This document shows, in pieces, positions 39,028 through 47,267 of a stretch of DNA of 64,000 nucleotides. The number at the start of each line of letters is the position of its first letter. Within the stretch, counting starts at the first letter, position 1. The translations under genes and the position numbers were made by a program. A model generated the notes under the pieces. The model was given only the letters and a program-made list of their open reading frames with translations, did no database searches and had not been told where the DNA came from. Location of the stretch: the IMG/VR virus record IMGVR_UViG_3300024259_000011; one strand, written 5' to 3'. This DNA is from a virus (taxonomy: Duplodnaviria > Caudoviricetes).

Positions 39028-39156
39028 GCTCCCCAGCATCGACTCGACCAAACACGTTTCATCGGGCTTGTCACCCTCCACGCCATCTGCATTGCAATTT
39101 AGTCCTCATGGCGATCTGCACGTAGGCGCTTTTCCGGGGCGCCGCTGAACGGGAGC
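39028..39156 (-). ncRNA. Unclassified structured RNA with kink-turn
   Basis: Ends pair (GCTCCC+CAGC with GCTG+GGGAGC); GGCGC/GCGCC hairpin; K-turn hairpin; followed by T6; fills the gap between tRNA-Gly and tRNA-Lys. Confidence 0.65.
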
Positions 39157-39165
39157 GGAAAGGAA

Positions 39166-39240
39166 TGGAGCGGGAAACGAGATTTGAACTCGCGACCCTC
39201 ACGTTGGCAACGTGATGCTCTACCACTGAGCTATTCCCGC
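39166..39240 (-). tRNA. trnG: tRNA-Gly(GCC)
   Basis: GCGGGAATAGCTCAGTGGTAGAGC...TTGCCAA...TTCAAAT...TCCA. Confidence 0.96.
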
Positions 39241-39246
39241 ATTCAA

Positions 39247-39756
39247 CTATTTATCGCTTTGCTTTGCGCGACCATAGCCCTTTTTCCATTCCTGTTTTTC
39301 TGTACTCTTTTCAATCCCGGGATGAGGGGCTTTTTTCCGGCGCTTATTAACCAAATCGCTGCTGCTTTCGATTTTATCGCCGCCGACATTCCAAATCATT
39401 TCGATGTCCAACTCTTCGCAAACTTGTACTTCTGGAACGTTATCGGACTTTCGATCTCCACCATTAGCAAAGTACGTTGGCTTTAAACGCCGTAGAGCCT
39501 CGCACACGGTCTCATCGTGGTCGTCTACCCATTCTACCCTTATTACGCCCTTCAGCGCCTCTAAAATCTCTTTTCGCTGATTCCATGGCATAAACACAAA
39601 TCCTTTTTTGCGAAATAGCCATGAGTCACTGTTAGCAACAACAATAACATCGCCGTACTCGGCGGCTGCTAAAATCATCCTAACGTGTCCGATATGTACG
39701 GGGTCGAACCCCCCTGAAACTACTACCGTGTCATACGGTGTTCTTGCTTTTGTCAT
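39247..39756 (-). CDS. Cytidylyltransferase-like (HIGH) nucleotidyltransferase
   Basis: VSGGFDPVHIGH, KKG..FMP..QR, ANGGDR, SSS. Confidence 0.9.
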   Translation of the reverse strand: MTKARTPYDTVVVSGGFDPVHIGHVRMILAAAEYGDVIVVANSDSWLFRKKGFVFMPWNQRKEILEALKGVIRVEWVDDHDETVCEALRRLKPTYFANGGDRKSDNVPEVQVCEELDIEMIWNVGGDKIESSSDLVNKRRKKAPHPGIEKSTEKQEWKKGYGRAKQSDK

Positions 39757-39922
39757 TGATTATTCCCTCCTCAATCATGTGTTTAGCGTTTCGTCCGAAC
39801 CAGCCCTGTAAAGACCATGCCAGCCCAGTATCAACCAAGTGTTGCCAAGCCGCAATGACTTGTTCCTTGCTTTCTGGTTCTAAGAACCCTTCAGCGATAC
39901 CGATTGCTTCAAAATTTGTCAT
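39731..39922 (-). CDS. Hypothetical phage protein
   Basis: AWQHLVDTGLAWSLQGWFGR motif. Confidence 0.75.
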   Translation of the reverse strand: MTNFEAIGIAEGFLEPESKEQVIAAWQHLVDTGLAWSLQGWFGRNAKHMIEEGIINDKSKNTV

Positions 39923-39927
39923 ATATG

Positions 39928-40004
39928 TGGTACTCCGAGTAGGACTTGAACCTACGACCCACAGCTTAGAAGGCTGTTGCTCTATCCAACTGAGCTACCG
40001 GAGC
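39928..40004 (-). tRNA. trnR: tRNA-Arg(TCT)
   Basis: GCTCCGGTAGCTCAGTTGGATAGAGC...CTTCTAA...TTCAAGT...ACCA. Confidence 0.95.
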
Positions 40005-40008
40005 TTGT

Positions 40009-40251
40009 TTACTTGTAGTAGCTACTAACAAGCGCGTAATAAGCTACGGCTAGAGCATGGTTGTATTTCGGATCAATGCTGTCCATTATTTTAACGATTT
40101 GTAAAATGAAAATCTTTGTTTTTTCATATTCAGCTTCATCATGGATGACGCTTTCAACGATATGAAACATCTCTTTTGCTGCAGCCTCAACATCGTCTAA
40201 TGCCAATAAACGTGCAGCGTATGATTTAGCGAGATTTTCGGTGTCGTCCAT
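40009..40251 (-). CDS. Hypothetical protein
   Basis: ORF directly downstream of a promoter. Confidence 0.6.
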   Translation of the reverse strand: MDDTENLAKSYAARLLALDDVEAAAKEMFHIVESVIHDEAEYEKTKIFILQIVKIMDSIDPKYNHALAVAYYALVSSYYK

Positions 40252-40265
40252 ATCATACTAAATAG

Positions 40266-40294
40266 AATATAACATCAAATGTGGTCTTTGTCAA
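40266..40294 (-). promoter_or_regulatory. Sigma70-type promoter upstream of the tRNA cluster
   Basis: TTGACA-17nt-TATATT. Confidence 0.78.
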
Positions 40295-40964
40295 GCTCTT
40301 TTTTAAAGTTCTTTAATCTAACGATTCCATCTACCACCGTAACGTAGGTCATATGCTCTACCCAATCACCAGTATTGACATATGTTTTGATTTCTTCATT
40401 GTGATTGACCCAGATCACAGTCTCCGGTCGGTGAGAGTGTCCCATTATTGACACGTCAACATCATTATTGAAGTCGATTATATCCCAAAGCCTTATGAGC
40501 TTACGTTTAGCTAATGCTTTGTTTGACCACCATGTTGCCAAGTCAACACTAAATCTTCTTTCCAGCCAGTCTTGGCAGACCGAGACCAACTTTAATAATA
40601 TACCCTCCGCAAATCTGGACCAAAATCCTTTATCGTAACGGTCGCCGTGTTCAACTCTGAATGTTCTGCCAGAATCGGTAAAGGTATACTCTTCCATAAA
40701 GCGAATCTGGTTGAGTTCTTTGCCGGCGAATTCGTCAAAGCTGAAATCGTGATTTCCGATAATATAAACAACGCTATGAAACGATGCTATCCGATGCAGA
40801 ATATCCAACGAGTGTTCTGAGAAGATGGGCACCTTCACGAAGTCCACAATATCTCCAGCCAAGATTAGTTCGTCGCATTCCACTCCATTGAGGAACTGAA
40901 GTAATTCCTCTTCCTTGCAATACGCACTCCCAATATGTAAGTCAGAGATTATTACCCGTTTCAC
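40275..40964 (-). CDS. Metallophosphoesterase, UDP-2,3-diacylglucosamine hydrolase (LpxH/YbbF)-like
   Basis: SDLH, GDIVD, GNHD, EHGDRYD, GHSH, NTGDW. Confidence 0.82.
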   Translation of the reverse strand: MKRVIISDLHIGSAYCKEEELLQFLNGVECDELILAGDIVDFVKVPIFSEHSLDILHRIASFHSVVYIIGNHDFSFDEFAGKELNQIRFMEEYTFTDSGRTFRVEHGDRYDKGFWSRFAEGILLKLVSVCQDWLERRFSVDLATWWSNKALAKRKLIRLWDIIDFNNDVDVSIMGHSHRPETVIWVNHNEEIKTYVNTGDWVEHMTYVTVVDGIVRLKNFKKELDKDHI

Positions 40965-41388
40965 TATCGTCGTCAGTTTTAAATGCTGCTTTTGCAGCTT
41001 TTATAAATTTAGCTCCTATAGTATAACTATCAAGTTCCTCAATAGTTACCCATTTATACTCAGTGTGTTCTTCACTTAGTTTTATTGTACCATTGTACTG
41101 ACGTGTTTTATAAAACTTTATTCTGCCATGCTGGTGTACTTGTACGGGGCTTGCAATGTCAAGAGTAGTTTCTTCTTTTACTTCTCTTTTGAGTCCAGCT
41201 ATCTCGTCTTCATCTTCATGGATATGACCGCCCGGGAAATCCCATTCGTTAGGGTATTTTTGTGCATCAGAACTGCGCTTTACAATCATAAACCGATCAT
41301 CGGTATTGATGAGAATTATTTTGCGTATTTGATCAGAGTCCATATCCTCTAATATATAGTGCCGCCAATTTTCAAAAAGTTGCTTCAC
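40942..41388 (-). CDS. NUDIX hydrolase with ENW leader
   Basis: Nudix box GG.....EDEIAGLKREVKEET; SEEHTEYKW. Confidence 0.92.
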   Translation of the reverse strand: MKQLFENWRHYILEDMDSDQIRKIILINTDDRFMIVKRSSDAQKYPNEWDFPGGHIHEDEDEIAGLKREVKEETTLDIASPVQVHQHGRIKFYKTRQYNGTIKLSEEHTEYKWVTIEELDSYTIGAKFIKAAKAAFKTDDDSETGNNL

Positions 41389-42632
41389 TGCCTAAACAGA
41401 CCCACATCTACCATAACTAGTTGCCCACTATCTGGGCGCATCATGACATTGCCTGTGTGCATGTCTCTGGGACTAAATGATTTGCCGTGCAGATATTCCA
41501 TTGCGTTCAACAAACCCTCGGCTTCTGAGAATGTCTCTTGCGTGTGTTTGCCGCCGCCGCCTAATCTGGCACCTTCTGGGGCGCCGTACGTCATTGGAAC
41601 GACTTGCATCTTCAGATGGTAATACATCCTATCATCAAGCTCGTATGACACACTGTCCATCACTGATTCTCTACGAGTTGAAAAGTAATCGTGGAGTTCA
41701 GGGTTGGCGTCTGGATCCAACTCATGTTTCTTGACAAAATCAGGAAGCATGTTATCGATCTTATTAAAAAAGATGTTTAATAATCGTGGTCCATGTGGCT
41801 CAAATGACGAAGCATGATAGCGTGACAAGCGACCATAGTTAACATACATGTTTTCTCTTGGGCTTTCGCCTGTAAGGAAAGCGTTGGTGACTTGCTTAAT
41901 CAACGTGTCAAGATGCCATTTAGACCAGCGGTCCACAGCAGCAGTCATATGAGGCGAGATGGACTTAGCCATGTTTGTGATCAACTCAGTTACCGCACCT
42001 TCACTGCCGAATGTACGTTTGATTTTGCTTGTAGGAATCTCTTCGTCGGGGTCATCCATTAATAAAGTGGCCAGTACTTCCTTTGGTGCAGTAGTCAACA
42101 ACTCCATAATAATCACTAACGCACCTTCTGCCATTTGATACGGCTGCTCGCGGTGGTTTACGATGTCTTTGCCGGGAATTCTGTCAACAGAGTACACATT
42201 AACAAGGTGCCGTTTTACCTCTTCGGGTAGGTTTGTTCTATTCTCCAGAATCCATCTATAATTTTGCTCTTCTTTATCAATCTGTTGACCTGCCAAGAGT
42301 GCTGATACTACTTTAACTGCAAGTCTGCGCCCTGAACGTCCTTCAATCTCCCAAATCTTTCCGTATTGCCCTTCATCAACAAAACGATTGACCCAGAAGC
42401 CTCGGTCTTCCAATATCTTCTCCAGCATACGCGGCATGACGCGCACAGGCTTCACAGGCTTGGGCGCAGTTGCTGTTGCGTCAACACTGTCGCCGCGGAC
42501 ACCTAAAGCCTTAAGCGCATTCTTAAGCGCGCCGCCGCGCTTCTCGTTCTCCATGTCTTTCTGGAGTTTTTTCACCAAGTCGGAAGTTTCACCCTCGGTA
42601 AACCGCCGGAAGTTTTCAAGTAGGAGTTTCAT
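41385..42632 (-). CDS. Atypical protein-kinase-like enzyme with ENF leader
   Basis: EGQYGKIW, LAVK, IMELL, MEYLH..RDMHTGN, VDVG. Confidence 0.8.
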   Translation of the reverse strand: MKLLLENFRRFTEGETSDLVKKLQKDMENEKRGGALKNALKALGVRGDSVDATATAPKPVKPVRVMPRMLEKILEDRGFWVNRFVDEGQYGKIWEIEGRSGRRLAVKVVSALLAGQQIDKEEQNYRWILENRTNLPEEVKRHLVNVYSVDRIPGKDIVNHREQPYQMAEGALVIIMELLTTAPKEVLATLLMDDPDEEIPTSKIKRTFGSEGAVTELITNMAKSISPHMTAAVDRWSKWHLDTLIKQVTNAFLTGESPRENMYVNYGRLSRYHASSFEPHGPRLLNIFFNKIDNMLPDFVKKHELDPDANPELHDYFSTRRESVMDSVSYELDDRMYYHLKMQVVPMTYGAPEGARLGGGGKHTQETFSEAEGLLNAMEYLHGKSFSPRDMHTGNVMMRPDSGQLVMVDVGLFRQ

Positions 42633-43005
42633 CTATCGTCGCTCCTTGTAGTAAAACGCCAGAGGGTAAAAGAACCGAACCAAAAATCTCCAAACTATCT
42701 AAGGCGGTTTTAGCACTGCTGTTCCAATATTCTAAATCATCAGGATCACCCATCTCTTCATACTGCTGTACTATCGTCATGTTTGGTTCTATTTCGCCTC
42801 TTATTTTTTCCAACGGCACTTTTACTATTGTCGGACTCTCATAACTATTGGCATAGTCTTTTGCGGTTTGGAAATCTCCCCAATATGTTTCAACTGCTGT
42901 GAAGTTATCAATCATTTCGTGGGCGAAATCCTTTGAGGTTCCGTGATATAAGTAACCTTGTTCTTCTTTCAAATACTCTCGCCAATTTTCAAGTAGGTCT
43001 TTCAT
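42616..43005 (-). CDS. ADP-ribosyltransferase-like protein with ENW leader
   Basis: LYHGTS...YW...AKDYA. The start is MKDLLENW (ATGA overlap with the upstream stop). Confidence 0.55.
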   Translation of the reverse strand: MKDLLENWREYLKEEQGYLYHGTSKDFAHEMIDNFTAVETYWGDFQTAKDYANSYESPTIVKVPLEKIRGEIEPNMTIVQQYEEMGDPDDLEYWNSSAKTALDSLEIFGSVLLPSGVLLQGATIDETPT

Positions 43006-43568
43006 TTTTTTAAGCCTTCGGTTCCGTACCCTCCGAGAGACCATGAGCCGTTCATTATATGACCAACATGGTGAACATCATCAAACCCCATGGCATGACC
43101 AAGTTCGTGTTCTAAGATTCTTTCCGAATCACCCCATGCTGACATTATCTCAATCTTTGCTTTAAAGATTCGACCGGTATCATTATTGCGCCAAGTTTTA
43201 GTTGTGCCCAAGTGAGTTCCCATCTTAAAGCCTTGGCTCGGGATATCGATCATTATTGTATTATATGGCACCTTTCCGCGTGCGCAGCCATAATCGTCGG
43301 AGGAGGCTTGCTTAATGTTGCCAAACTCATAACCTAATCGTTTCCAATAGCCGACAGCCCTTTCTATTCTATTCATGCTCACCGGACCTCGATGACATAA
43401 TATGATGTCTGGAGGGTAACGCCATGAACCGCTGCGAGTCGGAACATTTGATGCGAAAGTTTTTGCAGGACACACCCACGTTTCGGGAGGGGGTGATAGC
43501 TGGTCTACCGTGTGTGCCGTACGGGGAAACGGGTATGCTATAGCCGTCCAGAGAAGCAATGCTTTCAT
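43002..43568 (-). CDS. Exported matrixin-like metallopeptidase
   Basis: HELGHAMGFDDVH..HIM. Confidence 0.88.
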   Translation of the reverse strand: MKALLLWTAIAYPFPRTAHTVDQLSPPPETWVCPAKTFASNVPTRSGSWRYPPDIILCHRGPVSMNRIERAVGYWKRLGYEFGNIKQASSDDYGCARGKVPYNTIMIDIPSQGFKMGTHLGTTKTWRNNDTGRIFKAKIEIMSAWGDSERILEHELGHAMGFDDVHHVGHIMNGSWSLGGYGTEGLKK

Positions 43569-43582
43569 TCATGTGACCTCCA

Positions 43583-43918
43583 CTATTCGTAAACAATTGC
43601 GTGTCCTTCATTTATTAATATTTGATTGACACTTTCTTGACTACCAATAAATAGTTCGCCTAAACATCTTCCGTACTTTCCAACACCATGAGAAACCAAA
43701 ACAAATCTGTCATCAGCAGCCGTCAATATTTCTAAAAGACGTGCCTTCGCTGACAGTCCTCTTTCTTTCTCAACAAGATCGCGGGTACGAGATTCTGGTG
43801 CATTAATCCCATAAAGACGAATGCGCTTCTTAACCCAAACCTCAAAGCCCAAGTCAATCAGCGCATCTATCGTATCGCCGTCAACAACACGAATCAACTT
43901 CGCATTGTATTTATACAT
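43583..43918 (-). CDS. Thermonuclease (SNase-like)
   Basis: VVDGDTID, RIRLYGINAPE, GKYGRCL, GHA. Confidence 0.93.
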   Translation of the reverse strand: MYKYNAKLIRVVDGDTIDALIDLGFEVWVKKRIRLYGINAPESRTRDLVEKERGLSAKARLLEILTAADDRFVLVSHGVGKYGRCLGELFIGSQESVNQILINEGHAIVYE

Positions 43919-44527
43919 TTATAGCAGCCCCTCGACCCAGCCTTGAATGGTTCCTTCGTTCCAGCCATTAAGCCCATGTTGTAAAACCATGTTGCGGTCA
44001 ATAATAACTAGCGTTGGCCAACTTGTCACAGGATATCCATCTTCCAACGGCTCAGTCAAATCAATCATTGCGCGTGAGCCGGCGAGAACAGGAAGCGTAA
44101 TGCCATGGGTCGCTGCCCAATCCTCTAAGTCATTTAGTTCAACTGTGTCTCGCGATGCGTCTTCAATAAGGATTGTAATCCAAACAAAGTTTTCATCTCC
44201 GTACGCCTGAACCCAGTGGTCGCCTACTGGCGCAATCATGTTGCAGGGTCCACACCACATTGCTGATAAATCTACAACAATAACTTTTCCGTAATGCTGA
44301 TATAGGTCCGACTGTTCGCCATACTGATCCATCAACTCAAAGTTGCAAGGGTTGTTTCCAATGTCATGAGCACAACTCTCCCATGTTGCCCATGGGTACG
44401 GCTCAAGTGGCACCGGGACTGTTGGCTGTCCAATGCCTACGATGGCACTGTCATCTGTTATTGTGACCTCAGCAGGTCCACATGCGCCACAGCCTATGGC
44501 AAACATTAATAGCAATAATCTAATCAT
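43919..44527 (-). CDS. Redoxin (TlpA-like) lipoprotein
   Basis: Lipobox-like GCGAC; SAMWCGPC; WPTLVIID. Confidence 0.85.
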   Translation of the reverse strand: MIRLLLLMFAIGCGACGPAEVTITDDSAIVGIGQPTVPVPLEPYPWATWESCAHDIGNNPCNFELMDQYGEQSDLYQHYGKVIVVDLSAMWCGPCNMIAPVGDHWVQAYGDENFVWITILIEDASRDTVELNDLEDWAATHGITLPVLAGSRAMIDLTEPLEDGYPVTSWPTLVIIDRNMVLQHGLNGWNEGTIQGWVEGLL

Positions 44528-44538
44528 CTTTTCTTCTC

Positions 44539-45168
44539 CTATGGGTTGGGGGTTCCCAACATAATCTTTAATTCATTTTCATGTCCTTGAATAGTTCTAG
44601 TGTACCAGCCGTCGATGCCCGGGTATTTACCATCCGGGTGAGGTCCGAGCCATGTAATCGGTTTTGAGGCGCCCAGTGTTTTCTGTACAACTTCCGGGTC
44701 GTCCACATAAGGGGTGTCATGATATTTCAACATAACATGTGCGATGCCTTTAGACATCTCTGCATATGTGCCGGGTGAACGCAGCATATCTGCTGTCTTT
44801 GCTTTGTAAGCGTCGATAGACGTGCGTTTACCATCGTGTCCAGATGCGGACAGTTTTAGTCCGGCAGGTTTGCTTTTAGCAACGCGAAGAGCATCAGGTT
44901 CCGGGTCATCGTCAATATCAATAGCTGACCAATGGTCTGCATCGCCGGGGATGTCTGAGGGGCTTTTATAATCGAAGTTGCCGCCGATGTCCTTATATGC
45001 GTTAGCAATCAGCGCGTGTAACTCATCGGTAATATCGACGTTCTCGGGATCACTTGACATGTCACTAGTAGGAATCTCTTCCCAGTTACCCTTGTCGTGT
45101 CCATAGTCAGCCCAAGTTTCTTCATTAACAAACTTGCGCCAATTTTCCATGATGAGTTGGTGTTTCAT
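44539..45168 (-). CDS. Hypothetical protein with ENW leader
   Basis: MKHQLIMENWRKFVNEE. Confidence 0.8.
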   Translation of the reverse strand: MKHQLIMENWRKFVNEETWADYGHDKGNWEEIPTSDMSSDPENVDITDELHALIANAYKDIGGNFDYKSPSDIPGDADHWSAIDIDDDPEPDALRVAKSKPAGLKLSASGHDGKRTSIDAYKAKTADMLRSPGTYAEMSKGIAHVMLKYHDTPYVDDPEVVQKTLGASKPITWLGPHPDGKYPGIDGWYTRTIQGHENELKIMLGTPNP

Positions 45169-45422
45169 TTTACTTCGTCTACAGACTTATCCATTTCATC
45201 GTCAAAGTCAGGTCTGATCCAAACCATTGAATTGAACTGTGCCCTTTTTCTGTCAAGTAATAGAGCACCTTGTGGTTTCACAAGTTCTCCCTGAATCTCA
45301 ACACCTTCAAAGTCAATCTCTGTTTTCTGTTTATAAACAACCTTGGGCTCATTTTCGTCAGCGTGTACCGGGGAAGATGATACAAGGAGTGCAAAGGTTA
45401 ATAATATTTTACCACTCGCCAT
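45165..45422 (-). CDS. cglF: Adventurous gliding motility protein CglF/GltF homolog
   Basis: Signal peptide, then VVYKQKTEIDFEGVEIQGELVKPQG..LDRKRAQFNSMV.IRPDFDDEMDKSVDEV. This matches the recalled CglF pattern YxKKTxIDF..V.GEL.KP.G....RK...F.SLI..R.NF..EL.KS. Confidence 0.78.
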   Translation of the reverse strand: MASGKILLTFALLVSSSPVHADENEPKVVYKQKTEIDFEGVEIQGELVKPQGALLLDRKRAQFNSMVWIRPDFDDEMDKSVDEVK

Positions 45423-45645
45423 CGAAGCCTGCTCCTGCGGCTAGCGCTGCCGCTAGTCTATCGACATCATCATCGCTCATATGAGCGGTAGCGTCGATAG
45501 GTTCTTCCAAAGACATGATTTGGTCATTAGTAAGTTCAGGCTCAGTGTCGTCCTCTGGTGGTGGGACATCGCCCGGGTCGTCATCGCGCTTGTATTTTCC
45601 TTCCATAAACCGTCTCCAGTTCTCCATTATTAGTTTTTGATCCAT
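45409..45645 (-). CDS. Acidic hypothetical protein with ENW leader
   Basis: MDQKLIMENWRRFMEG; GGAG SD. Confidence 0.75.
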   Translation of the reverse strand: MDQKLIMENWRRFMEGKYKRDDDPGDVPPPEDDTEPELTNDQIMSLEEPIDATAHMSDDDVDRLAAALAAGAGFDGEW

Positions 45646-45732
45646 TTTAGTCTCCTCCGTACGTGACCCAAAGCTCGATGGCTTCTTTATATTCATAGAT
45701 TTCTTCAAGCGGCATGCTGGCTAGTGCTCGAT

Positions 45733-46092
45733 CTAAATGCCTCTCATCTTCCACCAGCAGTACCTCTTTCTATTAAGTAAATAGTATGGATGATCCTCAT
45801 TTGCATATGCTTCTCTCTCAAAAGGATTTTCGCGATATGCTTTGGCTCCGTCTCTGTACCGAACTAAGCCGATTAGGTGGAACAGTCCATAAAGAATCCA
45901 CTGTCCCACAAACAAAAGTTCTAATTGCTGTTGGTAATGAATGGTCTCATGTCGTTTTGTGGTATCTGATAGCTCTCCGCGACACCAGACCCAAAACCCA
46001 AAACTAATTGCCCATATATTAATAGGCGCTAGCTTAGAAAGCCAAGCTGGTATCTTGCTGTTTTCAATAAATATCGGTTTCCATAATCTCAT
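45733..46092 (-). CDS. Small HExxH protein
   Basis: HETIHYQQ and FEREAY. Confidence 0.7.
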   Translation of the reverse strand: MRLWKPIFIENSKIPAWLSKLAPINIWAISFGFWVWCRGELSDTTKRHETIHYQQQLELLFVGQWILYGLFHLIGLVRYRDGAKAYRENPFEREAYANEDHPYYLLNRKRYCWWKMRGI

Positions 46093-46265
46093 AGTTTTTC
46101 GTCTACCATCCTTATTGCCTCTTCTACATCCATGCCTTGCTTGGCTAACTCGACAACCTGCCGAACTGCTTTCTCAAGTCACGACCCAGCGAGGTCTTCA
46201 CTGAAGAACTCATATGCGCGTGTATGCGCTGTAGAATGTCTCCATGCATCAAATATCTCTTTCAC
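46089..46265 (-). pseudogene. 58-codon ORF with internal in-frame TGA (nonsense, sequence error or readthrough)
   Basis: GTG start overlaps the upstream TGA and the final TGA overlaps the next ATG; an internal TGA lies at 46179-46181. Confidence 0.55.
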
Positions 46266-46699
46266 TTCTTTTCTCCATTAGTAAGTATGTTCGTGTATCT
46301 GTTTTTTACTTTTTCACTTATCGGAATTGGTTCGCCATCACCGTCAATCCGAACATATGTGATTTCTGTAGTACACACTGTTCTTTGTGTGCCATTATAT
46401 GGGCTGTGTCTTCTGGCGCCTAAACGAATTGTAATCGAGCATTCTCCTATCCTTTTGACAGAGCCATAGATCTTAATAATATGACCCGGGCGTACGGGCT
46501 TCTTAAATATTACTTCAGATAGTCTTACAGTAACAAGTCTTGGCGAGTCAATACATTGAGCCGCGTACGCTGCACCGGATTCATCTAGCCAAGCGAGCAG
46601 ATCGCCGCCAAACAGGTTTCCATGAACGCCCACATCTTTCGTCTTGCAAACGTGAGTTGATATTAACTCAATCAGTGATTCTTTGTTAGGTTCTGTCAC
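46262..46699 (-). CDS. HotDog acyl-CoA thioesterase (YciA-like)
   Basis: HGNLFGGDLLAWLDE, FKKPV, YVRID. Confidence 0.92.
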   Translation of the reverse strand: MTEPNKESLIELISTHVCKTKDVGVHGNLFGGDLLAWLDESGAAYAAQCIDSPRLVTVRLSEVIFKKPVRPGHIIKIYGSVKRIGECSITIRLGARRHSPYNGTQRTVCTTEITYVRIDGDGEPIPISEKVKNRYTNILTNGEKK

Positions 46700-46703
46700 C
46701 GCT

Positions 46704-46877
46704 TTAGTCTTCTTTGTTCTCTATAGTTTTTTCAAGTTTGATTCCGAGTATGCACAGTACCCCAGAGCCTAAGGCTAACCACATTGTCTCTGGCGCACTC
46801 GTCATAAACCCAAAAGTAAAGAGTGCAATGTTAATGCCCAGTGCGGCAACACATACATCTCGCATTATTTGTTTCAT
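46704..46877 (-). CDS. Small two-helix membrane protein
   Basis: 57 aa, two hydrophobic segments, ACTATTTA just upstream. Confidence 0.65.
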   Translation of the reverse strand: MKQIMRDVCVAALGINIALFTFGFMTSAPETMWLALGSGVLCILGIKLEKTIENKED

Positions 46878-47041
46878 ACCGTAAATAGTTTACGATTTCC
46901 AATTATAGTTCACACGACCGTCAAAATCAAGTTTTTTTCTATGGACTATTTATTAGCGTACGAAGCTTATGTTGCTATTAACCTTGCCGACCGTCCGGGT
47001 AGCGTAGGGATAGTGGTGCGAGCGTACTTAGGAGGAACAAT

Positions 47042-47221
47042 GTGGAAACGAAAGACCGGAGAATACTGGCATACTTGAAGAATGCAATCAGTGAAACACT
47101 AGTAAAAATAGAAGAGCCTAAGAATCGGGAAGACCTAATTGATGAGGTCATGAAACTTAGGAACCTAAAGCGTTCAGAGTTAACACTCAAACATATTATC
47201 GAACAAGACGATAAGAAGTAA
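47042..47221 (+). CDS. Hypothetical protein (only supported plus-strand gene)
   Basis: AGGAGG SD before GTG; plus-strand ACTATTTA at 46945; ends at a bidirectional terminator. Confidence 0.55.
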   Translation: METKDRRILAYLKNAISETLVKIEEPKNREDLIDEVMKLRNLKRSELTLKHIIEQDDKK

Positions 47222-47223
47222 TA

Positions 47224-47249
47224 AAAAAACCCGCCGAAGCGGGTTTTTT
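47224..47249. terminator. Bidirectional intrinsic terminator
   Basis: AAAAAACCCGC-CGAA-GCGGGTTTTTT between convergent genes. Confidence 0.92.
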
Positions 47250-47267
47250 ATTTATTAGAGGTTTTCT

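Noticed and set aside
39028-39156. SAM-I riboswitch, hammerhead, theta/HDV ribozyme, 5S or SRP identity
   Set aside because: Only the K-turn matches SAM-I (no AUC/GAU P1, no GCAAC P3). There is no CUGANGA core, no HDV P1 topology and no SRP loop motif.
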